DNA of 64,000 bases from contig CM052825.1 in the NCBI GenBank assembly GCA_028534125.1, positions 248,001-312,000 on the forward strand. The letters are read 5' to 3'. The position numbers were made by a program, and so were the translations under genes. The DNA is from Lama glama (taxonomy: Eukaryota). Position 1 is the stretch's first letter. Each line of letters opens with the position of its first letter. This document shows, in pieces, positions 1-12,952 of this stretch. The notes beneath the pieces are model-generated. The model was given only the letters and a program-made list of their open reading frames with translations, did no database searches and was not told the DNA's origin.

Positions 1-1744
1 AGCCCGGGTCAGCACTGACTCTGACCCAGACGGGCCTGGCGGTTCTCCTCTTGCTCACCTGAGGTCAGGGTCTGGCCCTCTCTCCCGAGGCACCAGGCCG
101 TGGCTGGCCTTCGGATCACGCAGGTCCTCCCAGCTGAGCATCACCCTCAGGGCTGCGGGAAGGACCGGCGTCCGAGAGCTTTACAAGGTTGCGGGGTGAA
201 GGGAGGCATTTGGTCCAGTCACTGTTTTTATCTGCCATTCTGGTGACTAATGGAGTTAAGCGTATTTCTCTGCTCGTTTGCTTCCCATCCATCTTCCTTG
301 GTGAGGCGTCCGGTGCTGTTTGATCGGCTCCCGTGTGTCTGGACCTGGCTCTGAAAGACTTTCCAGGAGGGGGGTCACTGTCCAGGGGCCAGGCGACCAC
401 ACAGGGACGCGGGAGGTCCAGGCTGGGTGGGAGGAGCCCCCTCCTCCCGGAATCTTCCACCACCACTGATCCTGGAGCACCTTCAGGTGCCCAGGTGAGA
501 GGGCTGCCGAGGGCTGGGGGCAGCAGAGGCCATGTTCAAAGCAGGGGCCCCGGGATGTGGCCTCTGTGATTCCAACAGGCCCCAGCCCTGGACGTGGATG
601 GACGCAGGGGTGCAGATAATCCGGCCAGGTTCCCAGGAAGCAATGATTCGGGGGAGCTCTTGGCCAGATGATCCAAAGAATAGCCTGGGAGAGGCACCAG
701 ATGGCTAGGGGGCGCTGACAGAGGACCCCGGTGGGGTTGGGACAGACCTGGAGCCCTGGGAGCCAGGACTACGAGGAACCCAGGCCCAGAAGGGGGTGGG
801 GCAGCGGTGGGGGTCCAGGCCTCCCGACTGGAGCCTGTGGGGCTCCTGACCCTCCAGCCGTACCTTCCTCGCACATCTGCCCATGGAGACAAGTTCTTCC
901 GAGCTTCCAGGGAAACCCACCCCAACCCAGGCCAGGCCTTCTCTGCTCAGACCCCTGGCTGCAGGCCAGTCCCGGACGCTGCCGAGTGAGCTCAGAGGGT
1001 AGGGGGTGCCAGGCACCCAGCCCCTCCCCCACTGTCTTCCCTGGAGGGGGCCCAGGAACAGAAACAGCCTGGGAAGAAAGTACCTTCCTTCTGCCCTCAG
1101 CCCCGGAGGCCCCCGGAGGCAGCCACAGCTCCCAGAGAGCCAGTCGCGCCCCATGTCCCAGAGCCAGCTGGGGACAGGTCCCCGGGGCTGCAGGAGCTGG
1201 GCCGCTTCCAGGCCGAGGGCTCACCCCCTGCCCAGGAGGCCACTCACACCCGACAGAAGCCCGGCCTCCCATGGAGGCAGGAAGGCCCAGGTGGGGCCAG
1301 CCTGGCGGGCAGGAAGCCAGCTCCTGATCCTGCTAATTAATTGCTTCAAACGGCTCTGAGAAGCGGCCCAGGCTGGGCGCGTCTGGCCCCCAGATAGCGG
1401 CGCCTCCTCTGAAGAACAGCTTCGTCTAACTTTTGTTTTAATGTTTGGAAGCCGAAGGCTGACCTCACCCAGTCTCTCCACCTTCTCCCCTGAAGCCAGC
1501 TCGTTAGCAGAGCTTGACAACAGGTGGTCTGCGGGGTGGGGGGAAGAGGAGGGGCTGAGGGAGGGTGGGCAGCCCTCTCACCTCCTCCTCACCCCCTACT
1601 TGGCCTGGCCAGTCCCTGGGCTGGGAAGGGGCTGCCCACGCTGGTCCATCCGCCTGGACCCCCTTCTTCTGCTCAACCTGGGGTCTCCCTCACCAGGCCT
1701 CCCCGAGCCCCAGAGAGGGTGGAGACCCGGAGGGATAAAACCCA

Positions 1745-1845
1745 ATCTGGCTCAAGTTCAAATTCTGACTCCTTCACTTACAGGACTTGAGGCAAGTCCC
1801 ACACTGAAGCTGAGCCTCCCTTGCCCCTCCTGGAAAACAGAGGCT
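1745..1845 (+). mobile_element. MIR SINE fragment
   Basis: gttcaaattctgactccttcactta...gaggcaagtc...ctgagcctc...cctggaaaacagagg resembles the recalled MIR core. Confidence 0.55.
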
Positions 1846-2024
1846 GCTGGTGGCACCAAGCCCACGGGTGGTCATAAGAATTAAAACAGAGCCTCAGGAC
1901 CCATCCAGCACGAGCCACGTTCCCTCAGCCCTCACTTCAGTCTACCGCTGTGCGTAAGTTTGTGTGATTAACGCCTGATTTTCCCCCAGTGGTTAGCTCC
2001 ACGGAGGCAAAGAGTCAGCAGTGT

Positions 2025-2200
2025 CCAGCACAGTGACAAGCCCTGGTAGGTGCTGAAGAAGTATTTCTTGGATGGATGGACGGGTGGGAAGATGGTGGAT
2101 GGATGGGCGGGTGGATGGACGGGTGGGAAGATGGTGGATGGATGGGCATGTGGGTAGGCGGTGGATGGAAAAATAAATGCATGGGTGAAAGGGGAAGGAC
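2025..2200. repeat. L2 3' tail running into a degenerate (GGAT/GGGT)n tandem repeat
   Basis: cacagtg...ggtaggtgctgaagaagtatttcttggatggatgga, then repeated ggatggacgggtgggaagatggt units. Confidence 0.7.
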
Positions 2201-4289
2201 GGATTAATCAGAGGATGAGAGACCCATGGAACCAGAGGAGCAGCTCCACTTGGATGTCCACCTGAGGTTCCCACAAGGGACTCCCAGGCCGGGCTGGACC
2301 AGAGGAACTGTCTCCCCACTGGAACTGATCGGCACTCCCCCCCCTCGCTTTGGACTTCAGGCTGACCTGGGAGCCCAGGTCAGGGCAGAGAGGCTGTAGA
2401 GGAAGCACCCTGAGTCTCCCCGGGGATGACCAGGGCTCTCCCACTCCCTGTGCCCACTTCTCAGGCAAGGAAGGTGAGGCAGAGACGTTACCTTGCAGGC
2501 GGCCGGGAGAGTCCAGCGCCTGGTGTGGGGAAGGCCCCGCCAGCCGGATCCGGGCCCCTGGCCAGCCCTGGGCTTGTTTGCTCAGGGTAGGGGGGGGTCC
2601 CTCACCACCCAGCCCCCACCTAGACAGCCCAGTGGCCAGTTCATGACAGAGTCGCTGTTTTGTGAAAAAATCCATTTATTGCCTTCATTGCTTGGGAAGC
2701 TATCATCTCGAGGCTGCAGCTTCCTAAGGCGTTACCATGGAGATGAGTTTTCTGTCATAAATAAAAGTATTCTCGGGTCAGGAGAGCTCAAGCATAACTA
2801 GGACAGATTTTGAGGGGAAAATGCCAGAATTTTTTAAACACACAAGATGATGATTCGGGCTGCTTTTTTCCAGAGGGTGTTTCTCAGGCTGTTATGAATT
2901 TGGACAGGAGCCCAGCCGCCTCGGAAAGTGGGCCCACCTCCCCACTGCCCCCTGTTGGGGCTGGAACCCGAGTGACAGGTGTTGTCTGGGGAGGTCTGGG
3001 GCCCCCGGAGATGGCTGGCTCCCAGAGGCCCCCCGGCCACAGGAAGAGCCTGTGGCCCTGCTGTGTGTCCTCAGACCTGTGGGTTCCCTCTCTGGGCCTA
3101 GACCCAGCTGGCTTACCGGCCTCACGCCTCTCCTGGGGGGCCCGGAGCAGGGAGAGGGTGTGGCTTCCGAGACGCCCCTGACCCGTCGCCACACGCAGCC
3201 GTGGAAGTTAGCTTTAGGGATTTCCTTTGTTCAGGGTCACCGCAGGTCAGTGGCTGAGGAGGTGGGGAGGAAGGTATGCAGGCTGAGGGGCCCCTGGACG
3301 CCACCCAGGCCCACTGGCAGGCCCGGAGCCAGCCGAGGGCTGTTTGCCAACCCCCACCCCCACCCCCGCCACACCGGTGTTGGGTAAACAGCCCTCTGTC
3401 CCCGGGGCCCCAGCACCAGCCCCGTGATGCCGGAGCTGAGGCCTGGGAGGCAGCAGCTCTGGGTCCTGGGTCTCCCCAGGCAGCTGCCCTCCCGAGGAAC
3501 GTGGCTCAGCCCCGGGCACTGACAGGCTCCCCAGAAATAAGGGGGAGGGCTGCTCTAGCGGGTGGCGTCTTTGCAGTGTGGACCCTAGCATGCGGTCCCT
3601 GTTCCCTCTTCCCCATCCAGGAGGGTCTCCCTCCGCGAGAAAACCCGGCTGGGGAGGCCCTTCAGATGTCTGGTGGGAGGTCCTGAGGAAGCCCTCCTTA
3701 ACCGGCAAATATCCTGCAAACACAGGGACAATCCCTGAAGGCCGAGCTGAGGCCCAGGAGGGGAGGCCTTGTCCGGGACACCACTGCCAGGCCTGGGCCA
3801 CTCCCGTCCAGCCTCCCCAGACCTGCTCTCAGCTCAGGGCTCTCTGTGGCCTGATGGATCGTGACCCTGTTCATTCCTACCCTTCGATGAAGGCAGAACC
3901 AGGAAAGAAGGCCAGGCTGCTGGGACACACACCGCCACCGTCAGGGCGGCCAGGTGGGCCACCCCGGTGCAGGGGCCATTCCGGAATGTCTCGCCAACAC
4001 TGGATGCACCATTGGCACCTCCTGCCTCTGCAGGAGGGCCCACCTCTCCATGCCTGAGCAGCCCCCATGGCCCCTCTAAGAGGGCCTTGGCCGCGCGTGC
4101 ACGGCTGGGGGTGGGGCGATAGAATGTGACAGGGACACTTAATGTGTGCTTCTGCTTCTAGAAAGACTGTGTGCCTGGGAGCTCAGCCAGAAGCTGCAGG
4201 GAGCAGGGGGGACGGTGGTCTCAGCCAGGCAGGCTCCAGGAAGCCAGCAGAAGACTATTTAGTGACCTGGGGAGGTGCCTTTCTCATGA

Positions 4290-6445
4290 GCAGAAAGAAA
4301 ACAGAGGCACATACAAGGAGCATTCAAAGGAAACTGGAAAATACTCTGAGGCGAATGGAAAGGAAAACACACACACCAAAAGTCTGGAAATGCAGCTAGT
4401 GCAGTGCGTAGAGGGCAATTGATAACTGCAGCCCCCGGTGCTGTGGAAAAAAGAAAGGTCTCAAATCAAAAATTCAATCTTCCATTTTAAGAAACTGGAA
4501 TAAGACCAAACTCGACCCAAAACAAGCAGAGGAAGGAAATAATCAAGATTAGAAGGGAAACGGAGATCAGAGAAGCAACGAAGAATATTAACAGAGCTGA
4601 ATGTTGCTTCTTTGAAAAGATCAACAAAATGAATGAGCCTTCAGCTACGCTGACCAAGAGAACGAGAGAGAAAACTCAAATGACTAAAACCAGAAATGAA
4701 AAAAGGGAACCTTACAGCAATAAAAAGAATCGTAAGGGAACACTCTCAACAGTTGTATGCCAAGAAACAAGATAACCTAGATGAAATGGAAAAATTCCCA
4801 GAAACACACGAGCTACTGAAACTGAATCAGAAAGAACTGACTCCAAGAGAAATGAAGGGTTATTATTAAAAGAGGTTGAATCTGTGATCAAAAACCTTCC
4901 TACAAAGAAAAGGCCAGGCCCAGATGGACTCACTGGTGAAATCTACCAAATATGTTAAAAAGAATTAACACCAATGCTTCCAAAGTTTTCTAAAAAATAC
5001 AAGAGGAGGGGACCCGTTCCCACAGACTCTTTATTTTTGTGTGTTGATACCAAAACCGAAGATGGCACAAGAAGAAAACACAGACCACTATATATAGATG
5101 CAAAAATCTTCAGCAAAATATCAGCAAATGAAATCCAGCAACACATGAAAATAATGACCATACGCGTGACTTCTTCCAGGAATACAAGTTTGGTTCAACA
5201 TACACAAAATCAGCCAATAAGATGCATGTAAATATGCACATGTAACTCCATTACTGGGTGTCATACAGACACTGCATTAACAGGATAAGGAAGAAACGTG
5301 TGATCATCTCCAGTGACACAGAAAAAGCATCACCCAGAAAAGTGCAACACCCCTTCCTGATAAAAACCCTCAGCAAACTAGAAAGAGAAGCAACCTCCGC
5401 CCCTGGATGGACGGGGCCGGCACGCAGGTGATGCCGAACAACGGGAGCCTCCCCTCAAGACCAGGAGGAAGACAGCGATGGCCTCTCTCTCACGTGCGTT
5501 CGGCGTGGTCTTGGAGGATCTTGTCAGGGCGCTGAGACAAGAAAAAGAAACAAACACACCCAGATTAAGAGGAAAGTAGTCAACGACTCCTGTCTGAAGA
5601 TGACGTGATCTTGCGCGTAGAAAACGCCAAGGAATCCAAACGCACACAGACACCCTGGAGCTACAAACGAGGCAGCGAGGCTGCTGGACGAGGGGTGAAC
5701 ACGTAAACACCAGTGCAAGCGGAACTGCGCGCACCCGCCACCAACAGTCCAGACATTGAGGGAAGAAAGCAACCCCACTGACAACAGAGCCAGACAGAGT
5801 GAAACACTAGGGAACAAATTTCAGACAAGAATGCAAGGTTGTGCACTGGAGGTGACACAAGTGTGACTGGAAGAAATCGAAGACTTTAGATACAAGGAAA
5901 GACACCCTGTGCTCACGACTGGAAGACACGATAAGGTGGCACATGTCCACACTGACCTACAGATTCAACCCAATCCCCACCAAAACCCTCGCTGCTTTTC
6001 CTGCAGAACTTGATGAGCTGACCCTAAAATTCAAATGGGAAGATGACGGACTCTAAATCGCCAGAGCAGCGCTGACAAAAAAGAGCAGTGTTGGAGGACT
6101 CACCCTTCCCGACCTCAGGCTTCCTGCAAACTGCGGCAGTGATGGCACGGTGGTCTGGACAGAAAGACAGACAGGTCAGCGGGACAGAGCTGAGGGTCCA
6201 GAAGTACACCCTCACTTCTGTGGTCAAAGATTTTCAACAAGGTGTGGAGACAATTCAGTGGGAGAAAGAGTCTTTGGACAGATGGACAGCTGGACGTCCA
6301 CATGGAAAGGAATGACAGTTGGCCCCTACCTCACACCATGCGCCAAAATCACTCGAAATGGACCAAAGACCTACATGTAAGAGCTAAAACTACAATGTTT
6401 TAATGTTTTACAACGTCTTCGAAGAAAACATGGTCATAAATTTTT
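4290..6445 (+). mobile_element. Old L1 (L1M-type) ORF2 fragment, degenerate
   Basis: A-rich block with L1 ORF2 hallmarks: ttctttgaaaagatcaacaaaat, ggcccagatggactcactggtgaaatctaccaaa, atagatgcaaaaatcttcagcaaaata, tacagattcaacccaatccccaccaaaa, aagacctacatgtaagagctaaaactaca; no intact ORF. Confidence 0.9.
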
Positions 6446-9400
6446 ATCAGTGCACCACTTAAAATCATCTTGTGCGCAGAATCTGGGGGCATCTGGTCTG
6501 CTACGGTCTAACAGCAGTGTTGCCACCTCACGGATGAGGAAACTGAGGCCCAGAGTGCGGCCCTGAGTGAGGTCACCGACCCCACTCCCTGACACCAGGC
6601 GGCCTCAGGGAGCTGCCCTGCCCAGCGGGCACTCTGCTGTGCCGGGGACCGATCAGGGGCCCTGGACCAGCCGAGGAAGGGGGCATGGCTCTGGGGTCAA
6701 GCAAAGGTCGTGGGTGCCTGTGGGGCTGAGCTGAGGTTCCGCCTTGACAAGGCACAGGCCTCCCGCTCTAGGTGGCAGCCGCCTCTCCAGGAGCACAGGT
6801 CCTGGCAAGTCTGCAGCAGCCTCTTTCTCTCCAGAAATGCAGCTGAGGGTCCGAGGATACCTGGGGCCTGGCGGGGGTGGGGCTGCAGCAGGCGATAACT
6901 GCCGACCCCCGAGGGCCAGCAGGGCTGAGGACAGGCGGGGAAGGACCGCGGGGGCAGCTAGACAGCAAGGCTGGGGTCCCCAGGGCCTGTCCCCAAGCCA
7001 GCCCCAACAGAGGCCCACCCCTCCAGGCACCCAGGAAAGGCAGCATGGCTCCCGAGCAGCAGGGCGACACCCGCCAAGCACGTGTGTCTGCTGCACTTGG
7101 AGGTGCAGCAGAAGGAGCCAGAATGGGCTCTGGGCCGACCTCCCCACCAGGCCCCACGATGGGCCGCCACATTCTGCAGAGGGCACGGCTGCCCCAGCCG
7201 AGACTCACCAAGAGGGCAGGACTGCCCACCAGGCAGGGGCCTGGCGGCCTGCCCGCTGTATGCTCCAGGTTCCTCATCCCCAGGCGGGCAGGCATCCCCA
7301 GGTCAGGGGCTGGGGCTGAGAGGAGAGTTTCTGTCTGTCTATCCACCCTGAACACCAGAGCCACAAAGGGCCTCTGGGCAGGGCAGCACCGGGTGGAGCC
7401 CCGAGGTGTCTGGCCTTGCAGAGACAGGTGCCAGTGAGGGCCGGGGGCCAGAGGGGCGGGGTGGGGGCGGCTTGACCCTGGCAGGGGCTTGGGGCTGGGT
7501 GCTCAGATGGTGTCTGGTGCTCAGTGGGGCAGTCTTCCCAGGAAGGCCACCCCCTCCCCCTCATCAGCAGGCCGGGGGCCAGACAGTGAACACTCCACAT
7601 TTTTTGGCAGCTCAAGGGCCTGGTTGGAACAGTCGCTGTTTTATTCTGCAGAAACCACACACTTTGCATCCCAGTGCCCCGCAGGGAGTAGGGGTGGATT
7701 CCAGTGGGGCCGTCCATGGGAGGGCCCTGCGGGGTGACGGGCCAGCTCCTACACACTGCTCTGGCCCCCACTCCAGGGGGGCCAGGAGGCTTCTCTCTCA
7801 GAGCAGTCAGGACAACCTGAGATCCAGGGCCCCGGGGGCAGGAGGGCTGGGCTCTGAGCAAACAGCCCCTTGGCTGCCAGGCCTTCCCCTAGGGGCTTCT
7901 GGGGATCCAGAGAAGAGACCCCAGCCCTGCCTCCCAGGGTCCCCGGCTGTTGAGGGCCCAGACCCAGGAAGACACTGCTACCTGAGGGAGGCGTGAGGAG
8001 GGCAGGCGGCCCCAGTCTGGAGGGAGCTCGGCCCTGGGGACGCGGGGAAGGGCAGAGAGGGCCCCCTTCCCCTGCACTGCGCATGAGGGCTCTGCCCGGG
8101 GGAAGCCCTGTATCATGCCTCACCTCGCAGTGAGGATGGATGTGTGAGTTCTCACAGTCAGCCCCTTCCCGGTAGGAGAGCCCTGGGGGTGGTGGGGTGG
8201 CACGGTGGGCTGAGAGTCAGATGGTCCTGGGGTCTTGCTTCAGCCCTCAGCCCCTGCTTCCCTGGCCTAAGGCCAGCTCCTCCTTTGTTCCTCCTCTGTG
8301 TTGGAGGCCCCGTGACTCCTTCTGGAGGGTCTGCTCTGAGCCAAGCCCTTACTTCACCACGTCCACCAGGACAGCTGGCCAGCCAAGAACGGGGAAGTGA
8401 CCTGTAAGGCCCCATGGTGAGATGCCCAACGTCCCACCGCTAGGTGGTCCATGTGCCCACACCCCACCCTCAGCTGCCCCCAGCAAGGGGCCCGGAATGG
8501 TCTGCAGACGGACCTCTTTTCAAGTAGCCCCCCCAAGCCTGGGAGGGCCTGGGGAGTTCACTCTGCTCCAGACCGCGGGCCCCACGGGACACGGGTGACA
8601 TTGAGCCCCAGAAACGCTGGCTCCTTCGCCTGGGCCGCCCTGCCCATCCTGGGCCCAGAGACTCACATGCAGTTTGTACCCGACAGAACAGAACGGACCA
8701 AGCTGGTGAGGCCGGGCTGGGGTCGTGAGGCTGGCAGAGAGCACTAGAGGAGAGGCCAGGGCCACTTCTCTGGCCAGGCAGGGACCGAGGCCTGTCCCAG
8801 TTTTGAAGGTCACTCTCATTGAGGGATTCCAAGCAGTCCAGGAGGTGGGGGTGGGAAAAGACTGATGACACTTGTGCTTGGAGGGCAGGGGGCTGGGGGT
8901 GGGCGTGCTGGGAAGAGCAGGTGACGGAGCCTGGCCCGGCCCAGGATGGAGGGTCGGCCCTGCCCCCGTGCCCACGGCAACCCCCAGCTGCCACTCAGCC
9001 CGACTAGGCGTCCCGGCTTTCTGCCCACCGCTGCCGACGACGCCACAGGAAGGGCTCCGTGCGGCACGAGCACGGCGGGCAGTCGGCTGAGGGGCTTTTC
9101 GAAGCTTCCCCGGGTGGAGCCCAGCGAGGGCGCCCAGCAACTTCCCTCCAAGAAGCGTTCTGCCCCAGCCCACGCCAGGCTCTGCTTTGGGGCCCAGGGC
9201 TCACACTACCCAGCCCCGTACTTCGTAGCCACATCTTCACAGGGCCCGCCGATCCCTAGGGAACCTGTCCTGCCCACTGTCTGTCTAGTTCCCAGTGGAG
9301 TTCCATCGCACAACAGAAATGGGACAAGGGAGCTCAGCCCACCCAGCCCAGGGGGCCACCTCAACCCCCTCCGTGGTTGATGGGGGGCCCCTCTGGGGTC

Positions 9401-11739
9401 CTGGAACTCGGATGGGCGCCAGGCAGGCGCCAGAGCTCTGAGGCCTTCTGCCATCGCCTGGGAACGGGGAGCTGGCCTGAGACCCTCAGTTCTGTGGGAC
9501 ACGTGTCAGCCGTGCCCTCAGTAACGGAGGAGCGAGAACAGCTGGTGTACACAAGGGCCCAGCGACACCCACAACAGTGACAGGTCAGAGGTCAGGACCC
9601 CAGGTCCCCTTCAAGGAGCAGGTGGGCAGCGGCGGCAGGGAGGGCTGAGGCTTCCTCCTCTGACCTTGAGCAACTCGCTGTCCCTTGGGGCCCCTGCAGC
9701 AGCCTTCCTGGCCACACTTCACAGAGGGCGTTCCGGAGAGGACCACTTGGTTACTGGAGGCACGGGAGGCCCTCATCCCGGGCCTGGCCCGGCCTAGGCC
9801 CCAGCACCACGCAGGATGACCCTCCACGGGAGACCCAGGCCCAGCGACAGACCAGCCCCTCAACACGCCAGGCCTCACACAGCCTTTCCTGAAGGGCTCG
9901 GTGGCCCATCCTCCGCTCTTCAGCCCAGGGTCTCCCTGAGAGGCCCCAGGGCCCGCCAAGGGCACAGCTCCCTGTTTCAAAGCGGAAGCTCGCAGTCTCC
10001 ACCCCCAGAACCGTCAGAGGACCCCAATCCGGGTAAAAGCCCCGCCACGCCCTCGAGTTCAGGTGCGAGACTGGGGGCAGGGCCAGGGTGGTCCGAGCCC
10101 GGTCAGCTCTCGCTCTCTGTGCCGCTGGGGTCCCAAGGCAGCTCCAGCCGGCCGGCCAGAGACAGAGCCCACGCGGAACCTGGCTGGCCATCCAGGAACA
10201 GCCGCCCTCCGGCAAGGTCAGCCTGCTGCTCAGGCTGGGATGCCACACCTGGAATGAGACAGGGAGCTATGGTGGAGGCGCCTGGATGCCAAGGACCCAG
10301 ACCACATGATCCCTGGAGGGGCCACTGGCCGGGGCCAGGACAGGTGTGACCAGGGGACTGCAGGCTCCAGCAGGGCCATGGGGGAGGTGCCACCCTTGCC
10401 CTGCACCCGAGGGCTTCATTCCCCTGCAGCGTGGGCCAGAAACACGAAAGAGGACAAGCCAGGCCCGGTGCAGCACGCCTCTGCACAGGAGGCAGGGCCC
10501 AGGTCCCGGCGCCTCCTCTGCGCTCGGCGTCTCAGCCCGTTCGCAGACACGTACGTCAGAGTCCCGATGGGCCTGGCTCATGGGCTCAGTACATGCCTCC
10601 GCTGTAAAGGGCCAGCTTCGGGGCACGCCAGGGGCACCCAGGGTTACCGTAGGGCCAGGAGGGCCCAGTAGGAGCGGGAATGCGGGAAAGCAGTGCAGCT
10701 GTGGCCTAGACAACCCAGCCAGACCGGCCCCCAGGACTGCAGCCCTCCCTGCCCGCTGCCTGGGCTCGGCTCCCCTCGGCCGGGCACCACTCCGGCACCA
10801 GCTCCATGCAGCCGTGCAGGACCCCCCGCCTCAGTGGCACCCAAAGGAGCAAGCCCAGGCTCAGCCCCGCCACCGACACCCTCCTGCATCCCCACCGGGG
10901 CCCCAGCCCCTCGTGGTGCCCCTTCCTCCCCGCCAAGAGCACACCAGGCCTCTCTGTGCCATCACTTTAATGGACAGGCCGTTTATCAGACGGCTCTGCG
11001 CAAAGAAAGAAAAACTCAGCAGTGTCCTGGGAATCTCAGGGACCGTAAGTACATTATCACGTTCATACATCTGACATCAGACACGTGTCCACAGCACAGC
11101 ATTGTGTACAGCGCAGCCCTCACACGCCGGGCACAGTGGCCTGGGGCAGCGGGCACCTCGCACAGAGCCCAAACAGGGGACACTCCACTCGGGGGGGGCA
11201 TAGGGGACAGGGGACACACCGCCTGCGCCCACCACTATGCCTGCTCCACGCCCTTGACAGGCATCAGCCTGCAGCCAAAACTACACCCTGAAGACATGCT
11301 GCTGGTTAGTCCTTTATCCAAATCTTCCATGAACAGGTGAACACAGGGATGCTCGTTGTCAGCCCGGAGACGACCCCACGGAATGGGGGGATCTTGACGG
11401 GTCACGCGAGCCCTGAGGCGACGAGGACTAGGACAGCAGGCAGTGGGCGACGCAGGTGCACACAGACACTGCGGTCAACCCGCCACGTGGGTTCAGTTCT
11501 TCATCATCCCCGGGTGCTCTGAAGGGTGAACAGCTCCATTTCCGAGGCCACATGCACCAGCAGGACGGCTCCTCTGGCCACTTCCCAGGAAGTTTTGGAA
11601 TCCCAAGTGCAGGCCAGGGCCCCGGCCGGCCAGGTGGCTGTAATCTGTAATCTCTCAGCTACCAACTGGGAGCTCCAGCAACCACGCCGCGGGCCATGGG
11701 ACAGGAAATGGGTTCCGGACTCGGCTTCACAACTAGAAA

Positions 11740-12941
11740 CATGGCTACAAATGTTTTTCACGTGTATATATTTTGTTGGTGGATTGGTTTGGTTTTTTCC
11801 TTTTGGTTAAAAACAAAGAAACAAAAAACCCACGGCGTCTCTCAAGTATATAAAACTGGTAATATTAGACAAAAATACAAAGTTCACCTTTACAAAGAAA
11901 CAAAAACAAAAGCAACACACACACACACGGTTTCTGTTGAATACAGGTTAAGCGTAACATCTTACCAAAAATAAAGAGTTTACGTTCTGTCCAAACCCTG
12001 GCAGCAGCAGGGAGCCCCCCTTGCAGCCACTTGGGAAGCCACGTCCCGAGGTCCACACCGTGGCAAGCGGGGGGACTCTGGGGACAGGACACTCGGGGAT
12101 GGTGATTGGCTCACGCACAGTCTCGAAAGGGCTTAAATTAAGAAGTGAATTAAATGGGGCAAGGAAGAAACACGGAAAGCCAGAAACATTTAGGAAATGA
12201 TGCATAGGTGGGTATACCATGTTTATTTTAATACATCTCATTCGTTTGCATCCTGCTAGGAAAGATACCGTTCCACTGTCCTGACTGTTAACAGCAGCCT
12301 GGTGTTATCAGTGTAAATGTCATCCAAGAGATAATTAAAAAAAAAAAGCTAGGCAAAGAGTAAAAAGGAAAGCTTAATAATCACTTTATGGTGTAAAAAA
12401 AAATCCACTTAAGGCTCTCAGAAGGTTTCTGTATAGACTGAAACACTACAGCAAGGGGGTGCGGCTCCCGAGATGCTCCCGGCTCCTGCGTCCCCGCAGA
12501 GCCTGTCAGCATCCGACTGCAGTCTTCGGGAAGCAGGCTCCGTGTCCTTGGCAAGAGCACCTGTGACCACCTGGACAGAGATCCAGTCTGCCGAGACGCC
12601 TGTCGCTTCCACCCCATGGCGTCCCTCCGATCCGGCAACGGTTTAGATATTTTTGTGAGTCAGTTTTGTTTGTCGCGTTTCGTGGTTTTGTTTGCTCGCT
12701 CGCTCTCTCTTTTTTTTTTTTTGACAAGGAAGCTTCTTATTGTTTCACCGAGTGCTACAATACTTGCTTTGATGTCACATAAACAACGTATACTGTCTCT
12801 TTGTTCTCCAGGGTGTGCATGGAGACAGTTTTCACGGAGGAGAACAAAGACCGCGCTGGCGATAAGCACCGTACATGGCAGGTTCAGGAATGTAACACAT
12901 CATGTACATCCGTGTCCCGGGAGAGGGCTGCTGGCGTATCC
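11740..12941 (-). other. PDGFA: PDGFA 3' UTR (exon 7); distal end approximate
   Basis: Follows the exon 7 stop; AT-rich; contains blocks recalled from PDGFA mRNA (ATGTGACATCAAAGCAAGTATTGTAGCACTCGGTGAA; GATGTATTAAAATAAACATGGTATACC). Confidence 0.8.
12222..12227 (-). terminator. AATAAA candidate proximal polyadenylation signal in the PDGFA 3' UTR
   Basis: tttatt on the plus strand = AATAAA on the minus strand. Confidence 0.5.
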
Positions 12942-12952
12942 TCACCTCACAT
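12942..12952 (-). CDS. PDGFA: PDGFA exon 7 coding part (short isoform C-terminus D-V-R-stop)
   Basis: ctgcag|AT GTG AGG TGA; phase 1 fits the exon 5 end. Confidence 0.95.

Noticed and set aside
4712-6380. Short ORFs with L1 ORF2-like peptides (IDAKIFSKI)
   Set aside because: Remnants of a dead L1, not a gene or an active element.
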